Shown here piece by piece: positions 45,488 to 56,725 of a stretch of DNA of 64,000 nt. Numbering within the stretch: the stretch's first letter is position 1; every line of letters begins with the position of its first letter. The stretch is from Marsupella aquatica (taxonomy: Eukaryota > Plantae > Marchantiophyta). Below the pieces are notes generated by a model. The model saw only the letters and a list, made by a program, of their open reading frames with translations, did no database searches and was not told the origin of the DNA. The position numbers and the translations under genes are program-made. Location: positions 248,001 to 312,000 of the forward strand of contig OZ316891.1 of the NCBI GenBank assembly GCA_973895155.1. Direction: 5' to 3'.

Positions 45488-46056
45488 AAGAGAAGCTCTC
45501 GGTTAGTTATACAGTGACCCTTGTGTATATTCATGTTTCCTCATGCCTAAGAGCTGAATAGAGTTGGCCTCACGGCTTAGTTCGCAGAGCTTGTGTATGA
45601 GATGTACTGTTTGTATGGCAAGTGCATGGTATAACTCAGTCAGAAGGAGTCATTTTGCTATTTGTGTGTCGCATTAACTTGTGTGAAGAGTGCCCACATC
45701 GACTAATATAGAGAAGGGAAGCAAGCAAGGGAGTGAGAGTTGGATGTGTCGAGCTGAGAGAGGTCTTAGCGGCTTAACCAAGCCAATTGGGGATCATTCC
45801 GGCGGCGGAATCCAAATATACCTAAAGAAGGTGAGGGGAAGACAAGGGAAGGCCTAGATTAGGCCGACTACGTATCTCATGACCCGATGAAGGATCTGTC
45901 CAGTATATGTGTGTAAAATATTAATAGTAGTAGTAGAGGATTAGCAGCGTCCCATGCCGCTAAGCCACGGAAACGGCCTCGCCAAGGACAAAACCTGCGG
46001 GAATCGGCTTGTGCAGGGGGGTTTCTTGGGTTTGGGGAGCCATGGGACGCACCACA
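45488..46056 (+). mobile_element. 3' end of a subfamily-B-like LTR
   Basis: Colinear with ~56087-56656. It ends GGGACGCACCACA with no PBS after it. Confidence 0.9.
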
Positions 46057-46874
46057 AACCCTAAAAATTGTAAACCTCAAATGAAGTATGGATAATACCT
46101 CTATGGAGCTTGGGCTCAATAGTGCCTAATAGTCTTATGGTTTAGAAAACCATATCTAAGAGTAGGAGGGAAAAATTGTACGCAACTCAAGTTGCAATGC
46201 TTCTTTTACCCCAAGTTGTGGGCCCCTATATATATTTGCCAAAATATATATGTCCAATGAAAAACAAAACCACACCAATACATACACCTTATACCTTTCA
46301 GATGCCCAAGCTCCCACAATGCCTATGCATTTGTCAAAACCCACCAAAGTAATGGTCACCCTGCATCTTATATATTATGTTCCCCTCCTATGTTAGAAGA
46401 ACATCCAAACACCAACCCCCTCTTACCCTCATAAGTTACCATAAACCCTAAATGCCAAAGCCAAGGGTCTTACCCTCCTAAATTAACATAATCTGACCCT
46501 AAACCCTCACCACTTAAGCCCACCTATGTTCCTGTAAAGAGCAAATGCCAAAACCCCTCTTACCCTCCTAAATGACCAAAACTTCACATGCCAAATCCCT
46601 CTTACCATATGTTAGTACCCAATGCCAAAGCCAAGGTCTCACCCTCCAAAATTACCATCAGACCCTTAACTCTAAACCCTTAAGCCATCCTATGTTCCCT
46701 CTAAAATAACAAATGCCAAAACCCAAACTCCAAAATCCAAACCTCTTATCTTTCTATGTTTCGTCGTGCTAATTAACTATGCTCCATGTATTACCATATT
46801 CAAACAAACCCAAATCATTTATCTCTCCTAAATTGGCCATAATCTCAAACAACAATAGGATACACCATCCTTCA

Positions 46875-49800
46875 TGTAGAGTAGGGTTTAAGGAAATATG
46901 AACTACTTTCCTCTTAAATAACTAGAATTCGTTCCCGTTAAGAGCTATTGAGACCTGAAAGATTGTATTAATATACTTTGAGATAGTTAAGCTAACCTAT
47001 CTCAGATTTTAAGCCTTTACCGACATGCTTAGGTCAGGTGGAAGGAGTTTTTAATACATCCTCAGGTATTATGATGTTTGTATCATACACAGTGCAATAA
47101 TTAATTCTAAAACTATAACAAAACAACCGAAAGCCGGAGGCGTAAAGAGAGGATTAGGCGAGCCTTAAATGTCTCATCTCCTCTCGCCACTTAGCAATCT
47201 ATGACTAAGTTAGGCACGATTAAGAGTCAACAGAGAGTCTGACTAAATTAGGTTGATGCCTAAAGCTCATCTTTAAAGCCAACCATCTAAGAATTTGTAA
47301 AAGATGTATATAAGATAGCCTGTGTTAACTTTTTGACCTATGTCAAGGCAAAGGTGGTACTGATTACTCCGAACTAACTTATTCTTCTATTCAATCCTTC
47401 AGATTACTCTTTTAGGACTACGCAATTTGTGAGTTCTCGTATGGTGCTTCTTCCACTAATACTTAATAAGCCATAAGTATTCCATAGTCAACATGAATCT
47501 TTAGACCTTTGCATGGTCTCAGGCATGCATTTCCAGTCAGCCTAAAGGTTAACTATGACATTGCTAGTCACTTTCCATAGATTTTCTAGCAAGAATGGTC
47601 ACACACTAATGTCCAAACACAAAGCATAGATCACCAAAATTATGAATCTATTACTTCTCTTCAAAGAAGGAGACTTTCAAAAGTGAAATGTAAGTCTGAG
47701 TAAAATGGTGGAAACTTTCCCTCTTATACTTAGGGACAAGTCTCCTCTAAACAAAAGTTGAAGAGGTATGCTTCTTCAATTCCTAACCTAAGTGTAAAAG
47801 TAAAAAGTAATGCTAAAGTCTAAAACTAGACTATGAGATAAAGTGCTCAGCAAAAATTCAAAGTCTAATTCTTCCTATACTAAGTTTTATAGGGCTTCAA
47901 ACACGAAACCGGATCAAAAACCGACTGGGAAATCGGATGGGAAGCCGGTTCAACTTCCGGATGGAATAACTTTTTACTCTTCAGGAGTTGAAGTGTCAGG
48001 CTTCACCGATGTGGAGTCTACTGTTGGATCAATGGAGTTGAGAGGGTTTGGCATGAAAGTGATACCTCCAAAGATAGTAGTAAATGGTGAGGTCGGAATG
48101 GGTGGAAAATTGGGTGTAACTGTGGTAGAAGTGATATCAGGATCAGGAGAGTCAGCCCATCCTTCTGCTGGTGTCACCTGTGGAGATGGAACAGTGACTT
48201 TCTCTGCAAATTGAGTCTGCTCCTCATCAGAAAGGTCATAGAATTTCTTCAGTTCAGCAAGGATAAGCTTGAGGGCAGAGAGGCATTCTTCCACCTTGTC
48301 ACCATAGTCATGTGCAATCTGGATGACTAAGGGCATGAGAAGGGGATTGGGAACATCAATGAAGTATTGTCTGAATAGTTGGGTCTGTACCAGGTCCTCT
48401 CCCTTGGTTTCTACTAAGGGTTCCAGGTGATCCATAGCTCTGGAAATGTTATCGAAGAGTAGTTGCTCCGCTGTGGTCTTCTCCTTTGCCTTGTGCAGCA
48501 ACTGTTCAAGATGATAGTTCTTCTTCTTCTCTTCCTCTAATGATTTCTCTAGCTGCTCAATCTTGACCTTGTTCTCATCTCCTTTCATCAGGTCCTCCAC
48601 TTTCTTCACAAGGTCAGCAGGAGCCACAGCAGTCACCTGGGAGAGCCTTGAGAGCACTGGTTCCATGATTCCCATCTTGGTCTTGATGGCCGAAAGATCC
48701 TTGAATAAACAAGAAAAATGGTGTAAGGTAGAGTGTGAAAGACCGGCTGAAGAGGTAGTAGCGCCACTCATCGGGTAGGAAACCGGGTCAGAAACCAGTT
48801 CAGAAGCTGGATCAGAAGCCGGTTCAGTTTTGTCGATCTTCCTCTTCTTGGTTGGCCCTACAAAGTCGATCTCTTTTGGCTCTGGGTCATCTTCAGACTC
48901 TGGTAAGCTCTGAATTTCTGGATCCAAGACTCCATATTTCACATAGCTGCTCTTGGTGCCAAATGCACTCTTCTCATGTTTGAATAAGGTTTGGTCATGA
49001 GAGTATAGATGTACCAAGTAACAGGAGAGAGCAGTGGGGGCTCTGTTGGACAGGGCAGAGACCTGCTTCTCTAGAACACTTGAGAAGATAGTAGCCCATG
49101 ATACCTCTCTGGTTTTGAAGAAGGAAGCAATGATAGTACTTCCTACTTTAAGAATCACCCTCCTTGGTTTCTCTGGATAGATGAGGGGGACTAGGAATGT
49201 CATCACGTTCCTGAGGTCCTTGTGAGTACACTGGTTGATGGTCCATCCTTCTTTGGCATCCATCTTGCCACCAAAGTATTCCACTGTGAGATTCTCTCCT
49301 CTGGGGCAGAAGCCACTCCCTTTCACTGGTAACTGAAAAGCTTCTCCAACGAATGCCTTGGTCCAAGCTTCTGGTCGAGCTCGTGCAGTCTTCTGAAATT
49401 CTGTGGGAGGAACTCCTGCCAGCACTTCCCTTACCATGTCTTCACTCAGAAATCCCCAAGTAAGATCCATCAAGGAGGCACAGCCCATTAGTGTAAGATC
49501 TTTTTGGAGCTGTTCCTTCCGGGGTTCCTTCTCAGCTGCATCAGTAGGAATGAGGGGTCTCAAGGGCTTCATGGTGATCTGAGCCTCCTTCCTCTTTGAA
49601 CGTTGTACTTCAGGCTTTACTGGAGTCCCACTTTGAGTCTTGGAAGAAGGACTGCTCTTGGCACTCTTCATACTGCCTGGTAGTTGGAGTAGCAAACAGA
49701 TTTGAACCGGTGAAGGCAAAAGGTAGGATCTAGAAGTGAATATAGCCTCTATAATTACTCCGTCGCGTATATCAGCCAACCTTCTCCATCTCAGCACACT

Positions 49801-50546
49801 TTCAGCGAAAACAAACGTCCAACAAGCGAGATATAGCAGAAACCAGTTCGCCACCGGTTCAGTTCCAGTTCAGAAACTGGTTCGCCACCGGTTCAGTTCC
49901 GGTTCAAAAACCGGCTCAAGCCCCGGAAGTAGACAACTATCAAAACAGGGGGCCTTAGCGCCAATCTCCACATCCCCAACCTTCCCTCCAAGCGTAGGAG
50001 TAGGCTGCCACCTCACACGAGTCTGTCAAGGCTCTCTTATACCTTTCTCTCACAGAAACTAGAATGGTCCTATAATCCGGACCCAAGATCCTCAACCGGA
50101 AGGGAAGAGCCTCCTTTCTCTATTGCTTTGACAAGCCTATTCACTCGGGAGCTCAAAACTTACTCTATTCAGCTTTGAGAGGTGTGAGAAGAGCAAAACC
50201 GGTTTGTCCTTAAGAGGGATTCCGGCTCACTGTCAAGAGTCCAATGCTTATGGGTTTTCCCCAGGACGAAGAGCGTAGCCTCGGCTTCAAGAACCTGGTG
50301 TTAGATTTTCTTGATAGCGTGCGGAGATGATTTACGGCTTCCGGTTCGTGGTCCGGTTTCCTTCTCTTTACCAAGAAATACTTTCTTTCGGTTGAGCCTC
50401 TTTTCCTTCTCTTAATCTCTTGAATGGTTGTTAGACTTTCAATAATGGTTTGCTTAGCATTTAAGGTTCTTCTTTCCCGCTTCAAAGGCAATTTTTTTTA
50501 ATTTTTCCACTTTCTTTATTCCTTTCTTCTTAACCATGTTATCACA
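46875..50546 (-). mobile_element. Solo LTR (3672 bp) of a second ORF-bearing family (C)
   Basis: Ends TGTAGA...ATCACA (minus strand TGTGAT...TCTACA). Perfect 5-bp TSD CTTCA at 46870-46874 and 50547-50551. The same C-rich host sequence continues on both sides. Confidence 0.8.
47974..49854 (-). CDS. LTR-encoded protein homologous to the family-A LTR ORF (first ATG at 49671)
   Basis: GCASLMDLTW / EAFQLP / KEGW...C....NVMTFL parallels GLEAFVRLPW / EVFGLP / KNGF...C....EMIDFL, followed by a coiled-coil region. The ORF is intact. Confidence 0.75.
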   Translation of the reverse strand: MANWFLLYLACWTFVFAESVLRWRRLADIRDGVIIEAIFTSRSYLLPSPVQICLLLQLPGSMKSAKSSPSSKTQSGTPVKPEVQRSKRKEAQITMKPLRPLIPTDAAEKEPRKEQLQKDLTLMGCASLMDLTWGFLSEDMVREVLAGVPPTEFQKTARARPEAWTKAFVGEAFQLPVKGSGFCPRGENLTVEYFGGKMDAKEGWTINQCTHKDLRNVMTFLVPLIYPEKPRRVILKVGSTIIASFFKTREVSWATIFSSVLEKQVSALSNRAPTALSCYLVHLYSHDQTLFKHEKSAFGTKSSYVKYGVLDPEIQSLPESEDDPEPKEIDFVGPTKKRKIDKTEPASDPASELVSDPVSYPMSGATTSSAGLSHSTLHHFSCLFKDLSAIKTKMGIMEPVLSRLSQVTAVAPADLVKKVEDLMKGDENKVKIEQLEKSLEEEKKKNYHLEQLLHKAKEKTTAEQLLFDNISRAMDHLEPLVETKGEDLVQTQLFRQYFIDVPNPLLMPLVIQIAHDYGDKVEECLSALKLILAELKKFYDLSDEEQTQFAEKVTVPSPQVTPAEGWADSPDPDITSTTVTPNFPPIPTSPFTTIFGGITFMPNPLNSIDPTVDSTSVKPDTSTPEE

Positions 50547-50898
50547 CTTCATATCCCTCCAACCTTAAAACCCCTCCTACATACCTTAGCTTATTAGTCT
50601 TATCACTTATACACCCGCTTAAGTATACCCCCCACCTTAATTAAAAATTCAAATTCACACGTGATGGGTGTGAGAAGAACATCTTCGCAATCTCATGCAG
50701 AAACCTCGTTGCGAACAAAATACCTTTGCAAATGGAGGCGTTTGCGATGCTTTTTGCGAAAGGTTCTGCATCGCAAGTTGAGATGCGTAGAGTTTTGCAA
50801 ACCCTATCTCCATTGACCCTTATGAATCCCGAGCGCGGAACGGCCGGGAGAGTGCATTTTTTCATCGGAAGAGCGAAGGTTAGGGTGCGGGCAGAGCG

Positions 50899-51474
50899 AT
50901 GGCGAGCGAAGGAGGTAGTGCTGGAGGTGATGGAGCTTCTGGTAGCAATGGGGGTAATAGAGGGGGGGAGGACCAACTGCAGAAGATGGTGGACGAGCAC
51001 TTTTTCGTGGCACAATTGAGCAAACTGGATTTGACCACACCAGCAGGGCTGGGATCATTGAGTGCAATTTTAGGCCAGGCATTGCAATTTGGTATGATTG
51101 CAGGGCACGCAGCAAGGGATGAGGAGAAGAAGAAGGCAGCAGAGCAGAAGTCTATTGAGCAGAAGTGGAAGAGAGATGAGAGGGCGAAGGCCGGCATCCT
51201 CTCCCCTCATGCCCTGGAAAAGAAGAGAAGGAAGGAAGAGCGAGACCTGATCAGGAAGCAGAGAGAAGAGCAGAGAAAGAAGGAGGAGGCCAGGAAGAAG
51301 CAGCCCCTAATTACTCTAGAAGAAGAAGGAATTCCAACAGAGTTGGCTTATCTCGGGGAAAAGAGCACAATCAGGCACATTGTGTCAACCAATTTTGCTC
51401 GAGGGGTTGAGTGGGGCAGTGTTTTGAAGGCAGAGCAGAGGCGAGTCATGAATCAAGTGAAGGATGCATTTTGA
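50899..51474 (+). CDS. Unknown ORF, charged/coiled-coil, probably a transposon accessory gene cut by the downstream LTR
   Basis: 191-aa ATG ORF with no recognisable domain. TTCGCA/TGCGAA-rich sequence lies upstream. Confidence 0.3.
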   Translation: MASEGGSAGGDGASGSNGGNRGGEDQLQKMVDEHFFVAQLSKLDLTTPAGLGSLSAILGQALQFGMIAGHAARDEEKKKAAEQKSIEQKWKRDERAKAGILSPHALEKKRRKEERDLIRKQREEQRKKEEARKKQPLITLEEEGIPTELAYLGEKSTIRHIVSTNFARGVEWGSVLKAEQRRVMNQVKDAF

Positions 51475-52369
51475 AACGGAGGAGAATGTGATGCCTAGCC
51501 AGGAATCACTGGGCTAGTTTAAGGGGAAAAGGGAAGTGTACCCTAGAAACACCTTAGTATAGTTACATAAATAAGGAAAATATAAACAATTAAGGGTGAC
51601 TATGGAACCCGAGCCGAGGCCGGAAGTAAGGACGCTAGGGGAGAGAACACGATTAGGGTTAGGGCACGCTAAGTGCCGGCGGCTAGGGGTAACCAACGGG
51701 AGGGAGAACCAGAGGAGGAGAGGGGTAAGGACCGCTTGCGAGGAATAGTGGCTCATTTGCAAGCACAAACTGAGCAGGTGACTATGGGCGGCCAACTACT
51801 GTCAACTGCTTAGGCAAGCGCTCAGGGTGGGAACAGATACCGACTATCAACTCGAGAAGGGTATGAGCAACGCTAATCAAGCGGCACATTTTTGGGGATG
51901 CCTGTTCGAACGGGCAACTGAGTACATTGGGACTTACGAGGATGAAGAATCGGAGAGAGTAGCTCGAGAACGGCAGGAGCTCGCCCGATTGTGGGAGCTG
52001 CAGAAAGCTGCCTTCTTAGGAGGAGAACTCATCAAGGCTGAATTCCTGTGGACGCCTACTGGCAACGAGCTAGACGACCTGCTGTTTTGCAAAGACAGAG
52101 TCGTCGGTATCCGAGAAGCCATCAAACGCTGCAACGCCATACACTGGGAGTTGAAGGGTAGCACGGAGGGGTGGACAAAGGCAACCATGCTAGGAGAGAC
52201 ATCCACGGCAGCCGAGATGAAGAGGAAGGGGAACAACAACGAAGAGGCCACCCCGGCAAAAAGAACGAGGTCGGCGGCACCAAAGAAGCCAACAGAACAG
52301 CAGAGCAGGAGGCAGAGAGAAGCCGAGGAGGAGGAGGTCGACCCCATCAACGCCATTCCAACAAGAGAT

Positions 52370-52844
52370 TGTTGGGTATTTACTCTTACGTCTAGGTTAG
52401 GTATGACGTGGTTGGTACAACAACGTGGGTTGGTACAACTACGTGGTTAGGTACAACTACGTGATTAGGTACAACTATGTGGTTAGGTACAACTACGTGA
52501 TTAGGTACAACTATGTGGTTAGGTACAACTACGTGATTAGGTACAACTATGTGGTTAGGTACAACTATGTGGTTAGGTACAACTAAGTTGCACACTATAT
52601 CATAAGAGGCATGTGTGCTTGGAGAGGTAGAACCAAGGCTCATTGTTATGGAGCCACTTGAGAGATAGGGAGAGCTTACACTGTGGAGACTCGGTATAGC
52701 CGACGGGCTTAGAGTTCAGTAAAGCTCTCTTGTGTGTTCCCGTGGACGTAGCCTCAAGGAGGTGAACCACGTATCTCTTGTGTCGACTATTGTGCGTTGG
52801 ATGGTTCATGGGCTTGCCGTTGCGATCGTCGTCTATGCTCAACA
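52370..52844 (+). mobile_element. Short solo LTR (475 bp), probably Ty1/copia type, nested in the LTR ORF
   Basis: TGTTG...CAACA termini and a perfect GAGAT TSD (52365-69, 52845-49). The CCGTGGACGTAG...GAACCACGTA segment is typical of plant copia LTRs. Confidence 0.85.
52408..52586 (+). repeat. Tandem array of ~10 x 18-bp GTG(G/A)TTAGGTACAACTA(C/T)
   Basis: Read directly; partial alternation gives a 36-bp higher-order unit. Confidence 0.9.
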
Positions 52845-55800
52845 GAGATGACACCTGGAAAGGCTGGGTGGCGATTCTCCCCGAGGAAGTGCAATTATAC
52901 TTTGCATGGGAGGAGGATGCATGCTTTACGGCTATGCAGACTCGGAAATACCAGGGCTTCATGGCCGGATCCGGCTTGGAAGCCTTCGTAAGGTTACCGT
53001 GGCTGAAGCCGAAGGTGCCGGATTCAGACTTACTAGAATTTGTGGGATCGTGGGAGTCCGAGACCAATTCCACAAGGGTGTATGGGAAGGATTTCTATCT
53101 CACTCCCCAGGTGATTGCCGAAGTGTTTGGCTTGCCGAAGGGCAATAAGACCAAGGTAGATACCAGGAAGACTTTGCCAGACAAGGAGTTCCGGTCATTT
53201 CCCGAGCCTTCAACAAAGAATGGCTTCTTCCGAAACACCTGCACCAACCCGCATATAGGAGAGATGATCGATTTCTTGCGGGTGACCATGCATTGCAACT
53301 GGCCGAGACCAGAGATTGGCAAGGCACAGGTCTATCTGGCAGAGAGGCCAGACCCAAGCCGGGACTACAATGGTTACCTCCTCACTCAACTAAAGAAGAT
53401 CTTGAAGGAGGAACAGCTGGTGATCGGCAAGGGAAGCGTGTCCCGGCTTGGCTATCATGTACCACTACTATGCCGGTATGCCCGAAGTAAGACCTTTGCC
53501 CCGGTACTTCCCCTACAGGCAAGGGCACCAGAGGAGGTTCCGGAACAGAGGCCGGCAACGGAGAAACCCAACCCGCCTGACAGTCCTACAATCGAGCAGG
53601 TGTTTAGGCCAAGGACGGAGGACTTGCCAATGCAGCAACCAGGCATGCAGAATCTACTGAAATTGCTGGAGAAGGAAAAGAGAACGGCAACGGCAACGAC
53701 AACGGCACCAATGCAGGACACTGCTCCAGAGGTAGGCCTAAGCCGGCTTACAAGGGAAAACCCCTTTACTGGAGTCAAGGAGAGAGGGAGGCCTCCGGGA
53801 GTCCGGATGTATGTAGGAGCCTCAAGTCCCGAAGCCGAGGAAAAGCAGGCCGTAGCTCCCGGCCACGACAAGGAGAACAAGAGATCAACACGGAAGCTGG
53901 AGGAGGAACCAAGACCGGTGAGAGGTGAAGCCGTGTTCACGACAAAACCAGGAGAACAGCGGGAGAAGTCGGTAGTCCAAGCCGAGGAGGAGGCGGTAGA
54001 GGACTACAGCAATGATGACTCCGGCTACGGGTCGGATCATCATGTTCCAGGAGTAAGGACCTGTGGCCGGTTCATCCCCACGCTCCCAAGAGTAGTTCGA
54101 GGAGACCCAAGCCAGCAGAGCAGCCCCGAGTCTCCCCCACCAGATGTTGCTCCCCCGAGCTTTGACGGCATAAAACAGACGGCGCAGGAATTTCAAGAGC
54201 GAATCAGGGAGGAAGAGGAGGCACCCCTGGCTAGGGAAAAGGATTTACCAGGAGGAGAATGGCCAGAGGACATCAGGCGGCTTGCAGAAAAACGAAGCAA
54301 CCCTCTTGCCACCGTAGAAGAAATCCGCAAGACGGCTTGGGAGCAGAGGCCGCGGTGGTTGATGTCAATGACTTCTAGTTACTCCACCTATGCTAAGGAT
54401 AGAGCCATGGAGTATGGGGAAATGTGTGGAGAGCTGGCGCTCAGCATCTTTGGAGAGGAGTTGGAGCAAGGACCCTTTTTTTAGAGGGAGATGTTGGAGA
54501 AGTGCCAATTAGAAGAAGCGGTGGCTTTGGAAAGAAGCAAGAAGGATGAGGTCATCCGTCGGCTTAGGGCAAGGGAAGCCGAAATCAAAGACCTGAGGGC
54601 GGCCAAGAAAGCCCAAGATGAGTTGTGGATTAAGTGGCATGAGCTAAATATCATGCAGGGCCAATTGGATACCGCACAGTCTGATAATCGGATTATCGAG
54701 AATAAATTGACTCAAACCCAAGGAGAGTTGGCCGATGCGATCAAGGAGCGGGAGAAGTGGAAGCGAGAGCTGAGGGATGCAGAGGAGGCCCACATAACAG
54801 CCAACAACTGGGCCATGGCGGAGACCCAGAGAAAGGAAAGGGCATTGAAGGGGGAGCTCAAGGTTATCCGCGGAGCCCTTGAGAAGAAGTAGGCCGAGTT
54901 AGGGAAATCCTATCAAGGGATTATTGCGCTGCAACAGGAGCTTGCGTCCCTGACGGCCAGCTTCAAAGCCGACCTACGTGAGAAGGACAATATGCTCGAT
55001 CAGACTTACACCAAGATGAACCAGATGGAGTCTGTCATCATTGCAGAGCTCGACAAGGAGTTAAGAGCGACCCGGGAGGAGAGAGCTGCGTTTAAAAAGG
55101 AATTGGAGGAAGCCCAGAAGGAGCTGGAGGAGGTGTGCAAGGACCTGGACGAAGTGCAGGAACAATTGGAGGAAAGCACGCGGAAGCTAGAGAACTTACA
55201 ACGACGAGCCGACAACCAAACGGAGCGGCTGAAGAAACAAGCCGCAGTATTTAAGTGCTTGGCTTCATCAGGGCCAACTCAAATTGAGGCCACTAAGTTA
55301 CCAGGAGTGGTACTGGCCGAAGGACAAACTGCGCCATTTGCACCAGTGCCGGAAGTAAGTGAGAAGGGGAAGGGGCCAGCTGCCGAACCAGAAAAGAAGA
55401 AGAAACGGAAACCTTCAGGGTCAAGGAGTAATACGGCTCCACAGGTCGTGGTGACCATGGAGGTAAACTCAGCACCGACCTCAGGTAGGATTACGGCAGA
55501 GGATCCAACTACCCTAGAAGAAGGGGATGACAAAGTCAAGGCCAGGATACTTGGTAATGAAGCCGAGGCTGAGGCGGTAGCCGAGACTGATGTTGAAGCC
55601 GATGCCGTAGCCGATGCCGGGGGTGGACCCAGTCAGGCCAATGGAGAGTTGACTCAGTCAAGGGCAGGTAATCTGTCAGAGAACGAACCTACGGCAGTGG
55701 CTGAGGAGGAAGCGTTGGTGGCGTCCACTGAGGAACAGACACCGCTGCCATGATGGTGGTGGAGGGCCGCTCCTTTCAAGGAGGGCGGACGTGGAGGGAG

Positions 55801-56725
55801 GAGGCATGAGTGGGCAGGGCGGGCTCAAATCTCTAAGTTTAGGATTAGGATCAAGACCAGGAGGCGGCCCTGACACTTAGCTTAGTGGGATTGCGGTTCC
55901 ACTGGTAAGAGCAACACTTGTACTCCTGCCTCGCTGTACATAGGTAGATTCAGTTAGGTAGATTAGGCTTACGTTGCAAAGAATTAGGCGGATCCACTAC
56001 CAGGATAAGTACCTGGGCAGTGGGGAGCTCAGGGCCTCTTCTTTAGCAAGTTTTTAGTTGCACCAGCCGGGCTGGGATCAAGTAGTAAGAGAAGCTCTCG
56101 GTTAGTCATACAGTGACCCTTGTGTATATTCATGTTTCCTCATGCCTAAGAGCTGAATAGAGTTGGCCTCACGGCTTAGTTCGTAGAGCTTGTGTATGAG
56201 ATGTACTGTTTGTATGGCAAGTGCATGGTATGACTCATTCAGAAGGAGTCATTTTGCTATTTGTGTGTCGCATTAACTTGTGTGAAGAGTGCCCACATCA
56301 ACTAATAGATGAAGGAAAGTAAGCAAGGGAGTGAGAGTTGGATGTCTCGAGCTGAGAGAGGTCTTAGCGGCTTAACCAAGCCTATTGGGGATCATTCTGG
56401 CGGCGGAATCCAAATATACCTAACAAGAAGGAGGGGAAGACAAGGGAAGGCCTGATTAGGCCGGCTACGTATCTCATGACCCGATGAAGGATCTATCCAG
56501 TATATGTGTGTAAAATGTTAATAGTAGTAGTAGAAGGAGGTTAGCAGCGTCCCATGCCACTAAGCCGCGAAAACGGCCTCGCCAAGTGCGAAACCTGCGG
56601 GAATCGGCTTGTGAAGGGGGGTTTATGGGGTTTAGGGAGCCATGGGATGCACCACATTTTTGGCGCTAGATGGAGGGGGCATTTCTTAAGCCGTGAGATA
56701 TGAAGTTAGGAAAGAAGCGTAGGTA

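Larger units (their letters stand above)
51827..55753 (+). pseudogene. Decayed LTR ORF of subfamily B
   Basis: Pieces of 207, 568, 133 and 253 aa homologous to 8833-12483, interrupted by the 475-bp insertion, a frameshift and stops. Confidence 0.85.

Noticed and set aside
24343-46056. One single B element with everything else nested inside
   Set aside because: The flanks CAGAC and AACCC do not match, several hundred bp of the B LTR between the two pieces are missing and the outer flanks are unrelated.
46380-46870. C/A-rich degenerate repeats with AAACCCT-like words
   Set aside because: Too degenerate to define a unit; treated as low-complexity host repeat that continues after 50551.
52408-52586. 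18-bp array as a CRISPR array, and the VVPNH repeat ORF (52392-52643)
   Set aside because: The units are contiguous with no unique spacers, there are no cas genes and the context is a eukaryotic LTR. The ORF is a by-product of the repeat.
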